Source of the DNA: Planctomycetota bacterium
Lineage (GTDB): Bacteria; Planctomycetota; UBA8108; JACQVS01
Length of the DNA stretch: 64,000 nucleotides
Reading direction: 5' to 3'
Assembly: GCA_028280485.1 (NCBI GenBank)
Contig: JANQLS010000048.1
Span: 5,577 to 69,576 of the forward strand
Position numbers and translations under genes: made by a program. The notes beneath the pieces were generated by a model. That model did no database searches. It was not told the origin of the DNA and was given only the letters and a program-made list of their open reading frames with translations. Shown here in pieces: positions 8,459 through 18,733 of the stretch; positions within the stretch are counted from its first letter, which is position 1; every line of letters begins with the position of its first letter.

Positions 8459-8910
8459 GGTGATACCGATTAGAGTTGAGTTAGTTTAAAGTCAAATCTT
8501 GTAGCTGAGATCTTTAAAAAGGCTATCGCAATAATCAAAAAAAATACAACCTATTTCTTCAACCATCGATCTCCCTGCTGACTAAAGGTGAATTGAGATT
8601 TTTAAAGAGCGCAGATTTGGATCTCCTACCAAAATAACCAGAAATGACTTAATAAAATTATGGAATCCTCGTTTCACATTGAGGGTGTGCAATTCCGTTC
8701 AAGTAACTTCGTCATTGCTTCTTTGTTTCAACCCTTTCAGTCGAGTGTTTGAGTCTTTGTCTCTAAATTGAGCTCCAAAATCTCCTATCTCAATTCATAT
8801 GTAATAAATGGTCGTTTTCTTCGAATTACTTAATGAAAACATGGTGGGTGAGTGTCGATTTTAGGCTCATTCCTTTATTAAGCGAGCTTGCTTTAAAGTG
8901 TTGCAATTAA

Positions 8911-10419
8911 TTGATTTATGCCGATTACGCTGGAATCATGGATAAGACAAAAATGATCGCACAGAAAAAAAGAATTCTTCTGACTGGAGCTACGGGATAT
9001 GTCGGTGGCCGTCTGCTCAAGGCTCTCGAAAACAAAAATTATAAGGTTCGCTGCCTTGCTCGAAAGCCCGAGTATTTACAGTCTCGGGTGAGTTCTGAGA
9101 CAGAGGTCGTCAAGGGAGATGTTTTAAACCCAGAGTCGATTGTTTCTGCCCTTAATGGAATTGATACTGCCTATTACCTGGTTCATTCGATGGGATCCAA
9201 TCGTGATTTTGTTGAAGAAGATAGAAGAGCCGCACTCATCTTTTCGAAAGCAGCAAAAGATGCTGGGGTGAAACGAATCATCTATTTAGGGGGTTTAGGG
9301 CCTAAGGAAGTGGAGTCGGCGCATCTATCCAGTCGACATGAAGTGGGGCAATTACTTAGAAGCTCGGGAGTTCCTGTCATTGAGTTCAGAGCCTCGATCA
9401 TCATCGGATCAGGAAGCTTATCTTTTGAAATGATTCGCGCCTTAGTAGAAAAACTGCCGGTCATGATTACCCCTCGATGGGTACGATCTTTAGCTCAGCC
9501 CATTTGTATTGAAGATGTCATCAGTTACTTATTAGAGTCGATTGAAATTGAAAATCATTCGAGTCAAATCGTAGAAATTGGCGGTCCTGACCGTGTCTCC
9601 TATGGAGATATCATGCTGGAGTATGCCAAGCACCGAAAACTAAAGCGTTGGATTATTCCTGTTCCCGTCTTGAGCGCCCGTCTGTCGAGCTTGTGGTTAG
9701 GTTTGGTCACCCCTCTTTATTCCAGAGTTGGGCGAATTCTAATTGAAAGTTTACGTCACGACACCTTAGTAGAGAATCCTGATACCCAGAAGTTATTTAC
9801 GGTAAAGCCGGTGGGTCTTAGTCACGCTATTGAGAGAGCCTTGACGAATGAAGATCAAGAATTTGCTGAGACACGTTGGTCAGATGCATTATCTTCTACA
9901 GGCGCCGAGAAACAATGGGGTGGAGTTTCTTTTGGATCACGACTCATTGAATCTCAAAGCATCCAAGCTCCTTGTAGTCGGTCTGATTTATTCTCTCAAG
10001 TAGAAAAAATTGGCGGAGATCACGGTTGGTTTTTCGGAAATGCGTTGTGGAAAATTAGAGCCGCTCTCGATTTTCTTGTTGGAGGCCCGGGCTTAAGACG
10101 GGGAAGGAGGCATCCACTGAATCTTGCTCCAGGAGACACCGTCGATTTTTGGCGCGTAGAAAAAATAGAAAAGAATAAACTGCTTTTACTTCAGGCAGAA
10201 ATGAAAGTACCTGGCCGAGCGTGGTTACAATTTGAAGTCGAGCCGTCTGGGAATGGATCCAAAATTCGGCAAACAGCTATTTTCGATCCTGTCGGTTTGT
10301 TTGCCTATATCTATTGGTACAGTTTATTCCCCTTGCACAAGATTGTGTTTTCTGGAATGTTGCGAGAAATCGCTAAAGCAGCTACTCAAAAACTACAGGA
10401 TGAGACGGGAGAAAAATGA
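8911..10419 (+). CDS. NAD(P)-binding (NmrA/SDR-like Rossmann) protein with C-terminal DUF2867
   Basis: ILLTGATGYVGGRLL Rossmann motif at the N-terminus. A ~150-aa C-terminal domain matches the DUF2867 arrangement. The true start is probably the ATG at 8938 or 8953. Confidence 0.7.
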   Translation: MIYADYAGIMDKTKMIAQKKRILLTGATGYVGGRLLKALENKNYKVRCLARKPEYLQSRVSSETEVVKGDVLNPESIVSALNGIDTAYYLVHSMGSNRDFVEEDRRAALIFSKAAKDAGVKRIIYLGGLGPKEVESAHLSSRHEVGQLLRSSGVPVIEFRASIIIGSGSLSFEMIRALVEKLPVMITPRWVRSLAQPICIEDVISYLLESIEIENHSSQIVEIGGPDRVSYGDIMLEYAKHRKLKRWIIPVPVLSARLSSLWLGLVTPLYSRVGRILIESLRHDTLVENPDTQKLFTVKPVGLSHAIERALTNEDQEFAETRWSDALSSTGAEKQWGGVSFGSRLIESQSIQAPCSRSDLFSQVEKIGGDHGWFFGNALWKIRAALDFLVGGPGLRRGRRHPLNLAPGDTVDFWRVEKIEKNKLLLLQAEMKVPGRAWLQFEVEPSGNGSKIRQTAIFDPVGLFAYIYWYSLFPLHKIVFSGMLREIAKAATQKLQDETGEK

Positions 10420-10456
10420 TCCAGAGCAGTGTCTGGTAATAGAGTGAACAAATGAA

Positions 10457-11923
10457 ATGAGTCAAGCTGCCCTTATCTATCCTCATCAGCTTTTTAAAGA
10501 ACATCCTGCTTTTAATCTTTGTGAAAAATTTTATTTAATCGAAGATCCTCTATTCTTTCGTCAGTACAAGTTTCATAAACAAAAGCTGATCCTTCATAGA
10601 GCCACAATGAAGATGTATAGTGATTACCTCACCAGCAAGGGGAAGGTGGTTAGCTATGTGTCGGCGTTTGAGATTCAACGGTCCGAAGAAATTTTCAATT
10701 TATTGGGCGATTGCAAAGAAGCTATTTACGTCAATGTCGATGACTGTTGGCTGGAGAGACGGCTTGAAAAAGGTGCAAAAAGCCGATCGATTGATCTAAA
10801 TGCATTAGATTCTCCTCTCTTCATATCTGATCTTGAATCTTGTAGGGCGTTTTTTAAGAAGAAAAAAAAGTTCTTTATGGGCTCTTTTTATCAAGAGCAA
10901 AGAAAGCGTTTTAATATTTTACTCGACGGAAAGGGGCCCGTTGGGGGCAAGTGGAGTTATGATTCTGAAAATAGAAAAAAGCTTCCTAAAAATATAGCAG
11001 TTCCGACTCTCCCCAAGCATCGGGTTAATAATTATCTAAAGGAAGCAAAGGAGTATGTGGCTCAATATTTTCCCGATAATCCGGGGAATGGAGATACGTT
11101 TGTTTATCCGATTACTTTTAAGCAAGCAAGAAACTGGCTGACTTCTTTTTTAGAGCAAAGATTTCGTTTCTATGGTGATTACCAGGATGCGATTGCCAAG
11201 GATGAAACCTACTTATTTCATTCTGTACTGACCCCTGTATTGAACATAGGGATTTTAACCCCTCATGAAATTATCGAGCATACTCTTAATTATGCTGAGT
11301 CTAATGAGCTCCCCCTAAACTCTTTAGAGGGATTTATTCGACAAATCATCGGCTGGAGAGAGTATGTTCGAACCGTCTACGATATGAAGGGGGTTGAAGA
11401 GCGGACAAAGAACTTTTGGAATCATAGCAGGAAAATTCCAGATTCCTTTTGGACTGCGAGCACGGGAATCGAGCCTGTTGATGTCGTCATTCAAAGAGTT
11501 TTAGACTCGGGCTATTCTCATCATATTGAAAGACTAATGGTACTTGGGAACTTCATGTTACTCTGCGAATTTGACCCGGATGAGGTCTATCGTTGGTTCA
11601 TGGAGTTATTTATAGATTCATATGACTGGGTCATGGTTCCAAATGTCTATGGTATGAGTCAATATGCCGATGGTGGATTGATGTCAACTAAGCCATATAT
11701 AAGCTCATCGAACTACATAAAGAAGATGAGCGACTTTCGAACCGATTCATGGTGTGAAATCTGGGATGGCCTCTATTGGCGATTTATCCATAAACATAGA
11801 AATTTCTTTTCTAAAAATCCTCGTTTATCGATGATGGTTCACCAACTTAATAAAATGACAGATCAAAAGTTAAAACAACATTTGATAAAGGCGAACGAGT
11901 TTCTTTCTGAGTTAGATAATTAG
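10457..11923 (+). CDS. cryptochrome/photolyase family protein (COG3046 / FeS-BCP, (6-4)-photolyase-like)
   Basis: GWREYVRTVY, SHHIERLMVLGNFMLLCEFDPDEVYRWFMELFIDSYDWVMVPNVYGMSQYADGGLMSTKPYISSSNYIKKMSD and a C-terminal Cys match the deoxyribodipyrimidine photolyase-related family. It follows the upstream gene after 37 nt. Confidence 0.75.
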   Translation: MSQAALIYPHQLFKEHPAFNLCEKFYLIEDPLFFRQYKFHKQKLILHRATMKMYSDYLTSKGKVVSYVSAFEIQRSEEIFNLLGDCKEAIYVNVDDCWLERRLEKGAKSRSIDLNALDSPLFISDLESCRAFFKKKKKFFMGSFYQEQRKRFNILLDGKGPVGGKWSYDSENRKKLPKNIAVPTLPKHRVNNYLKEAKEYVAQYFPDNPGNGDTFVYPITFKQARNWLTSFLEQRFRFYGDYQDAIAKDETYLFHSVLTPVLNIGILTPHEIIEHTLNYAESNELPLNSLEGFIRQIIGWREYVRTVYDMKGVEERTKNFWNHSRKIPDSFWTASTGIEPVDVVIQRVLDSGYSHHIERLMVLGNFMLLCEFDPDEVYRWFMELFIDSYDWVMVPNVYGMSQYADGGLMSTKPYISSSNYIKKMSDFRTDSWCEIWDGLYWRFIHKHRNFFSKNPRLSMMVHQLNKMTDQKLKQHLIKANEFLSELDN

Positions 11924-11950
11924 TTCCTGTTGAATAAACAGGAACTAATT
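11917..11950. repeat. palindromic intergenic element (AATTAGTTCCTGTT-gaataa-AACAGGAACTAATT) overlapping the photolyase stop codon; probable terminator
   Basis: Perfect 14-bp stem with a 6-nt loop, followed by agttttt. The CTAATTAG core gives stop codons on both strands. Related copies lie at 22972..23140 and 27724..27747. Confidence 0.55.
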
Positions 11951-12383
11951 AGTTTTTGGATAGAACCATATTCAAAGTGATGCATCCTCTTGCGGTCCAG
12001 GCAAGAGTACGAATCCAATTAGATCGAATAAGTTGTTGGATCAGGGCGGTGTCATAGCCCTTAGAAAGTTTTTGATGCAAGGGTACTTGCCACAAAAACG
12101 TAGAAAACCAAATGATGAGTAAGAGGGAAAAGCCAGCAATAGAACTTTCGATGGTTATAAAGCTGGGTCTCTGAAGCACTAAAAGTAATCCCGTTGCTAA
12201 CTCAGTTAACATTAATGGGGCAACTACGATAGAAGTTCGAGATTGATGCGAAACTTCATATTCTTTGAAGTTGAGCTCACCTACTTTCAGAAATAGAGGG
12301 TAGTGAACGATCTGCACAAACCAAATGAGGCCTATCGATGCGATCGTAGTCAGAAAGTGAGCCCAAAGAATTAAGTCTAGCAT
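11949..12383 (-). CDS. integral membrane protein (4 TM), hypothetical
   Basis: Hydrophobic ORF of 144 aa ending at the palindromic element. Confidence 0.5.
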   Translation of the reverse strand: MLDLILWAHFLTTIASIGLIWFVQIVHYPLFLKVGELNFKEYEVSHQSRTSIVVAPLMLTELATGLLLVLQRPSFITIESSIAGFSLLLIIWFSTFLWQVPLHQKLSKGYDTALIQQLIRSNWIRTLAWTARGCITLNMVLSKN

Positions 12384-12496
12384 GTGATAATTTAACTATA
12401 GAGATTCTACTTCAACCTGAATTCTTTGGTCTATTAGATCAGTTAAGGTGAGCTGCTTAATCCTTCGTACGTTGTTGGTCGAGCCAATCAAAATAG

Positions 12497-12871
12497 TTAG
12501 GCTTCACTTGAGATGTTTTTTCTTGCTTGAATGAATGAATTGATACAAAGAAGAAGGAAGGCTAAGGAAACGATGGAGGCTGACAACAGCATTATGCTTC
12601 CCAGTTTCCATTCAAAATTTTCCTTTGTAATTAACATTCCTAATCTTCCAGCAGGGAGAATGAAACCAAGCAAGCCAAGAACTGAAGCAGCATGGAGAGC
12701 ATGTTTTCTCTTTTGAGGCTGGTTAGCAATCCATCCACATAGAGAGATAAGAAATCCAATAAATGCAGGAATTAATGCCGTAATCGCTTTTGCTTCAAAG
12801 CCAGCAGCGGCAAACCCTCCAAAACCAATTATAATCAGGATCAATCCAGTAAAGATCGCAGCTTTAGACAT
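12497..12871 (-). CDS. small integral membrane protein, hypothetical
   Basis: 124-aa ORF with 4 hydrophobic segments, 10 nt downstream of the SDR gene (operon). Confidence 0.45.
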   Translation of the reverse strand: MSKAAIFTGLILIIIGFGGFAAAGFEAKAITALIPAFIGFLISLCGWIANQPQKRKHALHAASVLGLLGFILPAGRLGMLITKENFEWKLGSIMLLSASIVSLAFLLLCINSFIQARKNISSEA

Positions 12872-12880
12872 TGTTAGGCC

Positions 12881-13675
12881 TCATAAAGTTAAGGATTTTT
12901 GTTGATTCGAACTCGTCTTTTTTTCTTTTGGAGGTCTTGCTTTTAAGCTCGATAGTCCTCCGTCTACTGCCCAAACTTGCCCTGTAACCCAGCTGCTTTC
13001 AGGACCTAAGAGCCATGTGACCATTGAAGCGATATCTTTGGGAGTACCCAATCGTCCCAATGGATGAAGAGCGGTCGAGGCCCTGGCGACAATCTTGTTC
13101 TCAAAAAGATGGTTTGTCATCGGTGTCATAGTGAGCCCTGGAGCCACTGCGTTAACTCGAATATTTGAAGAAACGTAGGTGGCTGCAGCAGAAATGGTTA
13201 ATCCTGATATGGCAGCTTTTACAGCTCCAATCGTTTCATGATTGGGTAGCCCAATTTGTGCTGCAGCTGAAGAGATTAATACTATGGATCCTCCATTTTC
13301 TTTCAAGACACGATGAGCTGATCTGACTGTTGCGAATGCCGTAGTAAGATTGGACTCAACCGTTTGGAAATACTCCTGCTGGGTGGTTTGGTGAGCTGGT
13401 TTCAGTAAGAGTGAACCTGCACAATTTACTACTCCTGAAACAGAAAGTCCAAGGTTTTGAACCTGCTCAAACAAAGAGTCGACTTCCTCAAACTTAGACG
13501 CATCTGCCTTTATTGAGATCGCACCAAGTTCTTCTTCGAGTTGTTTTAGGCTTTGTTCTCGTCGAGCACTGGCTACAATTTTGGCGCCATGAGAATGAAG
13601 TTTTCTGCAAACCTCAGATCCGATGCCACCACTTGCTCCTAAGACTATATAAAGAGGAGGGGTAAACTCACTCAT
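12881..13675 (-). CDS. short-chain dehydrogenase/reductase (SDR) family protein, catalytic Tyr replaced by Ile
   Basis: GASGGIGSEV glycine-rich motif, NCAG, then ISSAAAQ...ETIGAVKAA where YxxxK is expected (IxxxK). Confidence 0.8.
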   Translation of the reverse strand: MSEFTPPLYIVLGASGGIGSEVCRKLHSHGAKIVASARREQSLKQLEEELGAISIKADASKFEEVDSLFEQVQNLGLSVSGVVNCAGSLLLKPAHQTTQQEYFQTVESNLTTAFATVRSAHRVLKENGGSIVLISSAAAQIGLPNHETIGAVKAAISGLTISAAATYVSSNIRVNAVAPGLTMTPMTNHLFENKIVARASTALHPLGRLGTPKDIASMVTWLLGPESSWVTGQVWAVDGGLSSLKARPPKEKKTSSNQQKSLTL

Positions 13676-13893
13676 TGATTCGTTCCTGACAATACTCGTT
13701 GAGGTACGGATGGTTCTACCTTAGGTTTTGTGGATACCGCTGTCTTTTTGTTTGCAATCTTTTTCTGTTCCTTGGCATATTCAGTCTGTTTGTAATACTC
13801 ATTCGCACGAGCAATTCCATTTAAGACGATCAATGTGATTACAAAACCAAAAACAAAGATTCCAATTAATGTTCCGCCGATGGAGTCGAACAC
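13672..13893 (-). CDS. small membrane protein, hypothetical
   Basis: 73-aa ORF with one TM, overlapping the SDR start by 4 nt. Confidence 0.35.
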   Translation of the reverse strand: MFDSIGGTLIGIFVFGFVITLIVLNGIARANEYYKQTEYAKEQKKIANKKTAVSTKPKVEPSVPQRVLSGTNQ

Positions 13894-13894
13894 T

Positions 13895-14122
13895 TTAATT
13901 CTCCTTTCTCATTGAGAGTTTTATTCCTACCCAAAGTGAAAGGATGGAGGGCACCCAAATACCCACGAAAATTCCATAGTCATGATTCACTAAAAACCAA
14001 AGAGAAACGCTTACGACAAAGCTTAATAGCGCAGAGATGAGGAACGGATAGTCGTAACTTTCAAAGAGTCCATCACGTTCTGCTGTTTCCTCGGTTTTTG
14101 ATTGCCCGTTTATAATTTCCAT
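13895..14122 (-). CDS. small membrane protein, hypothetical
   Basis: 75-aa ORF with 2 TM, separated from the next gene by 1 nt. Confidence 0.35.
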   Translation of the reverse strand: MEIINGQSKTEETAERDGLFESYDYPFLISALLSFVVSVSLWFLVNHDYGIFVGIWVPSILSLWVGIKLSMRKEN

Positions 14123-14711
14123 AATAAAGCTCGCAAAGTTTGATTAAATTTAGTTTGGAGAAAGCCTGAATAATTCCATCCTTCATTTAGGATTTGGAGG
14201 TATTCAAAGCCATCTGGACGATCGTATTGTTTAATCAAAGTTCGTAAATGCCGTCGATCTATTACAAATTAAATAGCTGAATTTATCGGTAATATAAGGT
14301 TAAAAGAGGTGGGTGTATTTGAGGCAATTAAACACCAATTGAGTAAAACCGTATTTAAATCTTAAGATTAACTGAAATATTTAAGCTGATCTTTTATGGT
14401 CATCGGGATATTTAAGTCGATGCATACGACTAACGTTTGTTGAGAGCTGGCGTGAGGAGGCTTCAAGGTTAAAGCTTTCTTGTTGGTAATTGCGGTAGCT
14501 CGTACTTTTCTTGACACATTGTCACTAACTAGGGCTAAACAGAATGAGTGACCGTCATTGGCGACGAGAAAGGACCCAACTCACCGATCTTTAGAGTCGA
14601 CGACGGTGGCTGCGGAATTTAATCATGAAGACGTTAGGGAGAGGTAGTTAGCTGCTAAGGAATTTCTTGTTTCTGGGAATTCCTGTAAAGAGTAGTGCTA
14701 ACTATCGCATT

Positions 14712-15047
14712 TTAAAACCGCTTCCTCGTCGGATCGTAATACCAATTCTCAAAGAGCCTGAGCGTTTGCTCATCTCCTTCACTGAAGGCGATGACTAACT
14801 TTTCTACTGATTCTTGAGGGATGTTTTCAACCCAGTAGCGGTCTGAATCATTGGCGCCGATGTCTCCCCATGTGACGTGATTGATGCAGGGATCAATTAT
14901 CAGCGATTTATTGTTCTTGCTTATGAATTCTAAATTGATTCCAGATGACCAATTTGAATCTTTAAGCAAGCTGTCGGCATGCCTCAATATTTTGATACAG
15001 TCTTCTGGGTTATCTGAGCTTAAAGTTACGCTTTCGAAATTACTCAT
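14712..15047 (-). CDS. hypothetical protein (111 aa)
   Basis: ORF overlapping the upstream gene by 8 nt (translationally coupled pair). Confidence 0.4.
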   Translation of the reverse strand: MSNFESVTLSSDNPEDCIKILRHADSLLKDSNWSSGINLEFISKNNKSLIIDPCINHVTWGDIGANDSDRYWVENIPQESVEKLVIAFSEGDEQTLRLFENWYYDPTRKRF

Positions 15048-15963
15048 CTTTTAGAAGCTTCTCATCGGAAGCATAAAATTGGAGAGACTTTGCTAAGTGG
15101 GGATACGTTGCGGCCCAGACTTCATCGAAGACAATTACCTGGGAGTAGATTGCTCGAACTTGGGAATCATAATCCTCTTCACCTGCAAATTTTCCATCGT
15201 TCGTATCCAAATGGAGTTGGTAAATATGTTTCGAGCTCCACCCCTCAGTCCAGTTATAACCATGAGGGCATGAACTGCGTTTTTTGTTTGCTATCGCTTT
15301 TAAAGCATCCAGCCAATTATTGGTAGATTCAGTTAACTCCGTTAATTCTTCTAACATTTCTTTGGCTTCGATATTTTTCAAAGAACCATAGGCTTCAACG
15401 GCTGCTTTGAAATTCTCAAGCTTTATTCCTGGGCAAATCACTTCATCCCATTTTTGCGAGTTTTTTAGCCGGGTGGGGGCGTGCACATAGAGATAAGTGC
15501 ACGGTTCTAAATTTTGAGGAGTAAAGCCTGCAGGAAGAATGTCTCCGTGCCTTAAGAAGGCACACTTGTTTAGATTTTGATCAAGAAAACTGTTGTTTAA
15601 GAAATAATATCTAAGGTCGAATTTCCCGTCATTGGTTCTTATTTCTACACCATGGGAATTAACAGTTATCCCATTCTTCGCATTCAAGTGATGTAAAAAA
15701 ATGTTTATAAGTTCTGAATGTGATTGTGGGGTTGGTATTTGGTACTCAATAATTTCATTAAAGAAATCATCAAGGATCTCTATTTCTTGGCATATATTCC
15801 TTTCGCAAAAAGTGCCGTTTAGCTGTTGATGGTTTTTAGCTTCGTATATTCGAATCTTCCAGAAATATTGGAATAATGACAGTAATGTGTTTTTCTTGTA
15901 GTTTATAGAGCTTCTACCGGCTGGAAGACCATAGGGACTCCGAAAAATAAGCGAGATCGACAT
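15040..15963 (-). CDS. hypothetical protein (307 aa)
   Basis: Long ORF with no recognised motifs, first gene of a two-gene unit. Confidence 0.5.
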   Translation of the reverse strand: MSISLIFRSPYGLPAGRSSINYKKNTLLSLFQYFWKIRIYEAKNHQQLNGTFCERNICQEIEILDDFFNEIIEYQIPTPQSHSELINIFLHHLNAKNGITVNSHGVEIRTNDGKFDLRYYFLNNSFLDQNLNKCAFLRHGDILPAGFTPQNLEPCTYLYVHAPTRLKNSQKWDEVICPGIKLENFKAAVEAYGSLKNIEAKEMLEELTELTESTNNWLDALKAIANKKRSSCPHGYNWTEGWSSKHIYQLHLDTNDGKFAGEEDYDSQVRAIYSQVIVFDEVWAATYPHLAKSLQFYASDEKLLKDE

Positions 15964-16059
15964 TGATTAAACAAGGTAGATTCCTTGTTCGGCTGGAGAG
16001 AGAAATAAAGCACAGCTTCAATTTCTGTCTGTTCACTTGCTGTAGTTAGTAGTTTAACT

Positions 16060-17739
16060 TTATGAGCTTCTAAGCAGTCGGTAAATCTTGTCTACCGGTT
16101 CATCTAATGAAATATCCTCAAACAAAACCTCTGAAGAACGATCGTACTCACACTCTTCAATTGCAAATTCGATGAGCTCAAAATACTCTTCATCTTTTTC
16201 TGGGTCCAATGTCTTTTTAATTTTTTCTAAAAATGGTTTTGCTTCAGGAAACGAACCGGCTCGGATAAGAGTGTAGATGGCTACTTTGATCTGTTCTCTA
16301 TCATTTGATTTTAAAATATCGAGTAGAAACTGATTCAGACACGACTTCACTTTTGGGTCTGTTTCCATTTCAAAGTAAACGACGCCTTCAGTATATTCCG
16401 AACCAAATGCAGAGTCTTTAATATAAGATTTTAATCGATTACAGAAATCAGGGATTGGGATCCTTGTTCTGAGAAGATACCAAAATACGGCTTCCGTTAA
16501 GTCTTGAGATTTCGATGATATTGCCAAATCGAAGACCTCAGGAATAAGGTCCTTCCCGTGTTCTTTAAGTTGTTCTAATGCCTGAAGGGCAGCGATTGCA
16601 ATTTGAGTATCCTTATCGTGAATGTACTTCTTTAATAGCTTTAAGACTTCATTTCTTTTCGATTTAAAGACTCCTAAGCAGTAAATTGCATTTTGTTTTG
16701 CTGTTCTATTTTCGTTAGAGCATTCGGCTAAGCAAAACTTAAAAAATGCTTCTTCATCTACCCGAGTCAATGAATAGGATAATCCATCCAGGTTTAAATG
16801 GTTTTTTGTGTTTCTAATGACTTTAAAAATATCAGGAAGGATCGGTTTGGCTGAAGGACCTAATGCGGAAAGAATAGGTTCTAATAAATAAAGATTTATG
16901 GTTTTCTTTGAAAGCTCACTTAAAAGCTCTTTTGTAAAACTTAGCAGCTTAGGATGGCTTGGAGAGATTTTCTGTAAGAGAATGATGAGATTCACTTTTT
17001 CAGATTGGTGAGCTCTTTCAAAACTCTGAATAATATCGGGGATGAGTTCAGAAGCTTGAGATTTGAAACTACCTAACAATGAATACAAATGCTTTTTGAT
17101 GTAGTAGTTATTTTCATTTTTACGAAATTGTTGGATGGCCGTTTTTAAAATCTTAGACTTGAACTTCTCAATACTTTTTGGCTGAAACCAAGCTAGTTTA
17201 GCCAGCAGCTTTACGGACGTCTCATACCTTCTTCGAGATTGCTTAGCTGGTGTTTGAGCACTTCCACCCTGAAAGATTTGATAAACATTTGGAAGGACAA
17301 CCGACAGATCAGAGTCAAATTCAAGTAGTGTACTTAGAATGAACTCATGATCCGTATTCTCATCTTTCAAGGCATCGGCTAATAAAGGCAAAGCGTCTGG
17401 GCCGAGGCGAGCTACTAACTTTCTTCGATTAGACAAAATACCTAAAATCGTACCGATGCTTCCTCGAGCTGGATTGTCTTTCAAATACTTCAACAAATGA
17501 GGTACGACTCTTTCACATTTACGGTGAATGAGGATGGCGAGGAGAGCTGGATGTGATTTGTCGATGTTCTCGTTTAAAAGAGAAAGCAGTTCGTCATTAG
17601 ACTTTGATTCAAAGAGCTTCTTGTAATCCTTTGTTACCTTTTCTCCTGATTTAGAAAATTCACCAGGATTGAAAACCGTGCAAAGAATTAATGCAGTTGA
17701 TATTAGAGATGTTTTAAGGCGCATAACAAATCGAATCAA
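16060..17739 (-). CDS. secreted HEAT/ARM-like repeat protein
   Basis: Signal peptide, then repeated ~40-aa alpha-helical units (e.g. VVPHLLKYLKDNPARGSIGTILGILS; LGPDALPLLADALKDEN). Confidence 0.6.
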   Translation of the reverse strand: MIRFVMRLKTSLISTALILCTVFNPGEFSKSGEKVTKDYKKLFESKSNDELLSLLNENIDKSHPALLAILIHRKCERVVPHLLKYLKDNPARGSIGTILGILSNRRKLVARLGPDALPLLADALKDENTDHEFILSTLLEFDSDLSVVLPNVYQIFQGGSAQTPAKQSRRRYETSVKLLAKLAWFQPKSIEKFKSKILKTAIQQFRKNENNYYIKKHLYSLLGSFKSQASELIPDIIQSFERAHQSEKVNLIILLQKISPSHPKLLSFTKELLSELSKKTINLYLLEPILSALGPSAKPILPDIFKVIRNTKNHLNLDGLSYSLTRVDEEAFFKFCLAECSNENRTAKQNAIYCLGVFKSKRNEVLKLLKKYIHDKDTQIAIAALQALEQLKEHGKDLIPEVFDLAISSKSQDLTEAVFWYLLRTRIPIPDFCNRLKSYIKDSAFGSEYTEGVVYFEMETDPKVKSCLNQFLLDILKSNDREQIKVAIYTLIRAGSFPEAKPFLEKIKKTLDPEKDEEYFELIEFAIEECEYDRSSEVLFEDISLDEPVDKIYRLLRSS

Positions 17740-17973
17740 GAATAGCGTTCTAAGACCATATTTAAGTTTGGAGCTTTATACTAACCTATTTTTCGGTTCT
17801 GAAGAACTTAATGTTATTTAAAGTTTTGTAGGGTGCATTTAAAATTTGCGATATCATTATCGTTTTGAATCCTTGTACCAATTTTAATGAAATAAAGTCA
17901 AAGATGGGCTCATGAAGGGGAAGGAAAAATCGTTGTTATGGATGCTCTTTGTGAGCAATGACATGAGACTGAT

Positions 17974-18705
17974 ATGATGAACCAATTAAAAATGAGCGTT
18001 AAGATTCTCTTATGCCTGGTGATCTATCATCAGTCTACCACCGCTCAGCCTTGTGATTGTCCCATCCCCATTGAGCTTGAACACGCTTTGATGTCTGCGG
18101 ATTCTTTTATTTTGGGGGAAATTCAAAGTTCAACAATCGAAGAAAAGAAGAATATTGTTACAGTCGAAGTTGAGGCTATTTGGAAAGGTCCAATCCTGAA
18201 TGAACTAGAAGTGAGCTATTTACTTACAGATTGTCGTTTGGATTTTAAAATCGGAGAGAAATACATTATTGATTCCAGGTTGATTGACGGGAGCTATCAG
18301 ACATTTAATTGTACTTACACCGAAAAGTTTTCAGAAGGTCTACTCGACCGTTACCCGCCACCCTGTGTGAGTGGAGAAGAGATCCTTACTACAAATAAAG
18401 TGGATTGTGAATTTCCTTATCGATTTATAAGGGGAGATATAAATGAGGATGGGCTTGCCGATATTTCTGATGTCATTATTTCTTTAGAATATATGTTTAT
18501 CGCAAATGAAAATATCCTTAATTGCATGGATGCCGTAGATTTTGATGATAGCGGCTCAATTGATCTAACGGATCCAATATACTTGCTTGAACACTTTTTC
18601 TTTGGATCTCAAGCTCTTCCACAACCCTTTCCCAATTGTGGAGTGGAAGACAGTCATGATTTTCTGTCACCTTGCCTTGATCATAGTGCGGTTTGTAGGG
18701 ATTGA
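17974..18705 (+). CDS. secreted protein with C-terminal dockerin-like double EF-hand module
   Basis: Signal peptide and a Cys-rich N-terminal domain. C-terminal RGDINEDGLADISDVIISLEYMF and DFDDSGSIDLTDPIYLLEHFFFG...PQPFPNCG make the same module as 2599..3243. Confidence 0.55.
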   Translation: MMNQLKMSVKILLCLVIYHQSTTAQPCDCPIPIELEHALMSADSFILGEIQSSTIEEKKNIVTVEVEAIWKGPILNELEVSYLLTDCRLDFKIGEKYIIDSRLIDGSYQTFNCTYTEKFSEGLLDRYPPPCVSGEEILTTNKVDCEFPYRFIRGDINEDGLADISDVIISLEYMFIANENILNCMDAVDFDDSGSIDLTDPIYLLEHFFFGSQALPQPFPNCGVEDSHDFLSPCLDHSAVCRD

Positions 18706-18733
18706 TTGTGGGAATTTGTTTTGGAGGAGATGA

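Noticed and set aside
7873-8489. Plus-strand ORFs 7873..8103 and 8274..8489
   Set aside because: They overlap the minus-strand DUF2846-like lipoprotein, which has a lipobox and domain motifs.
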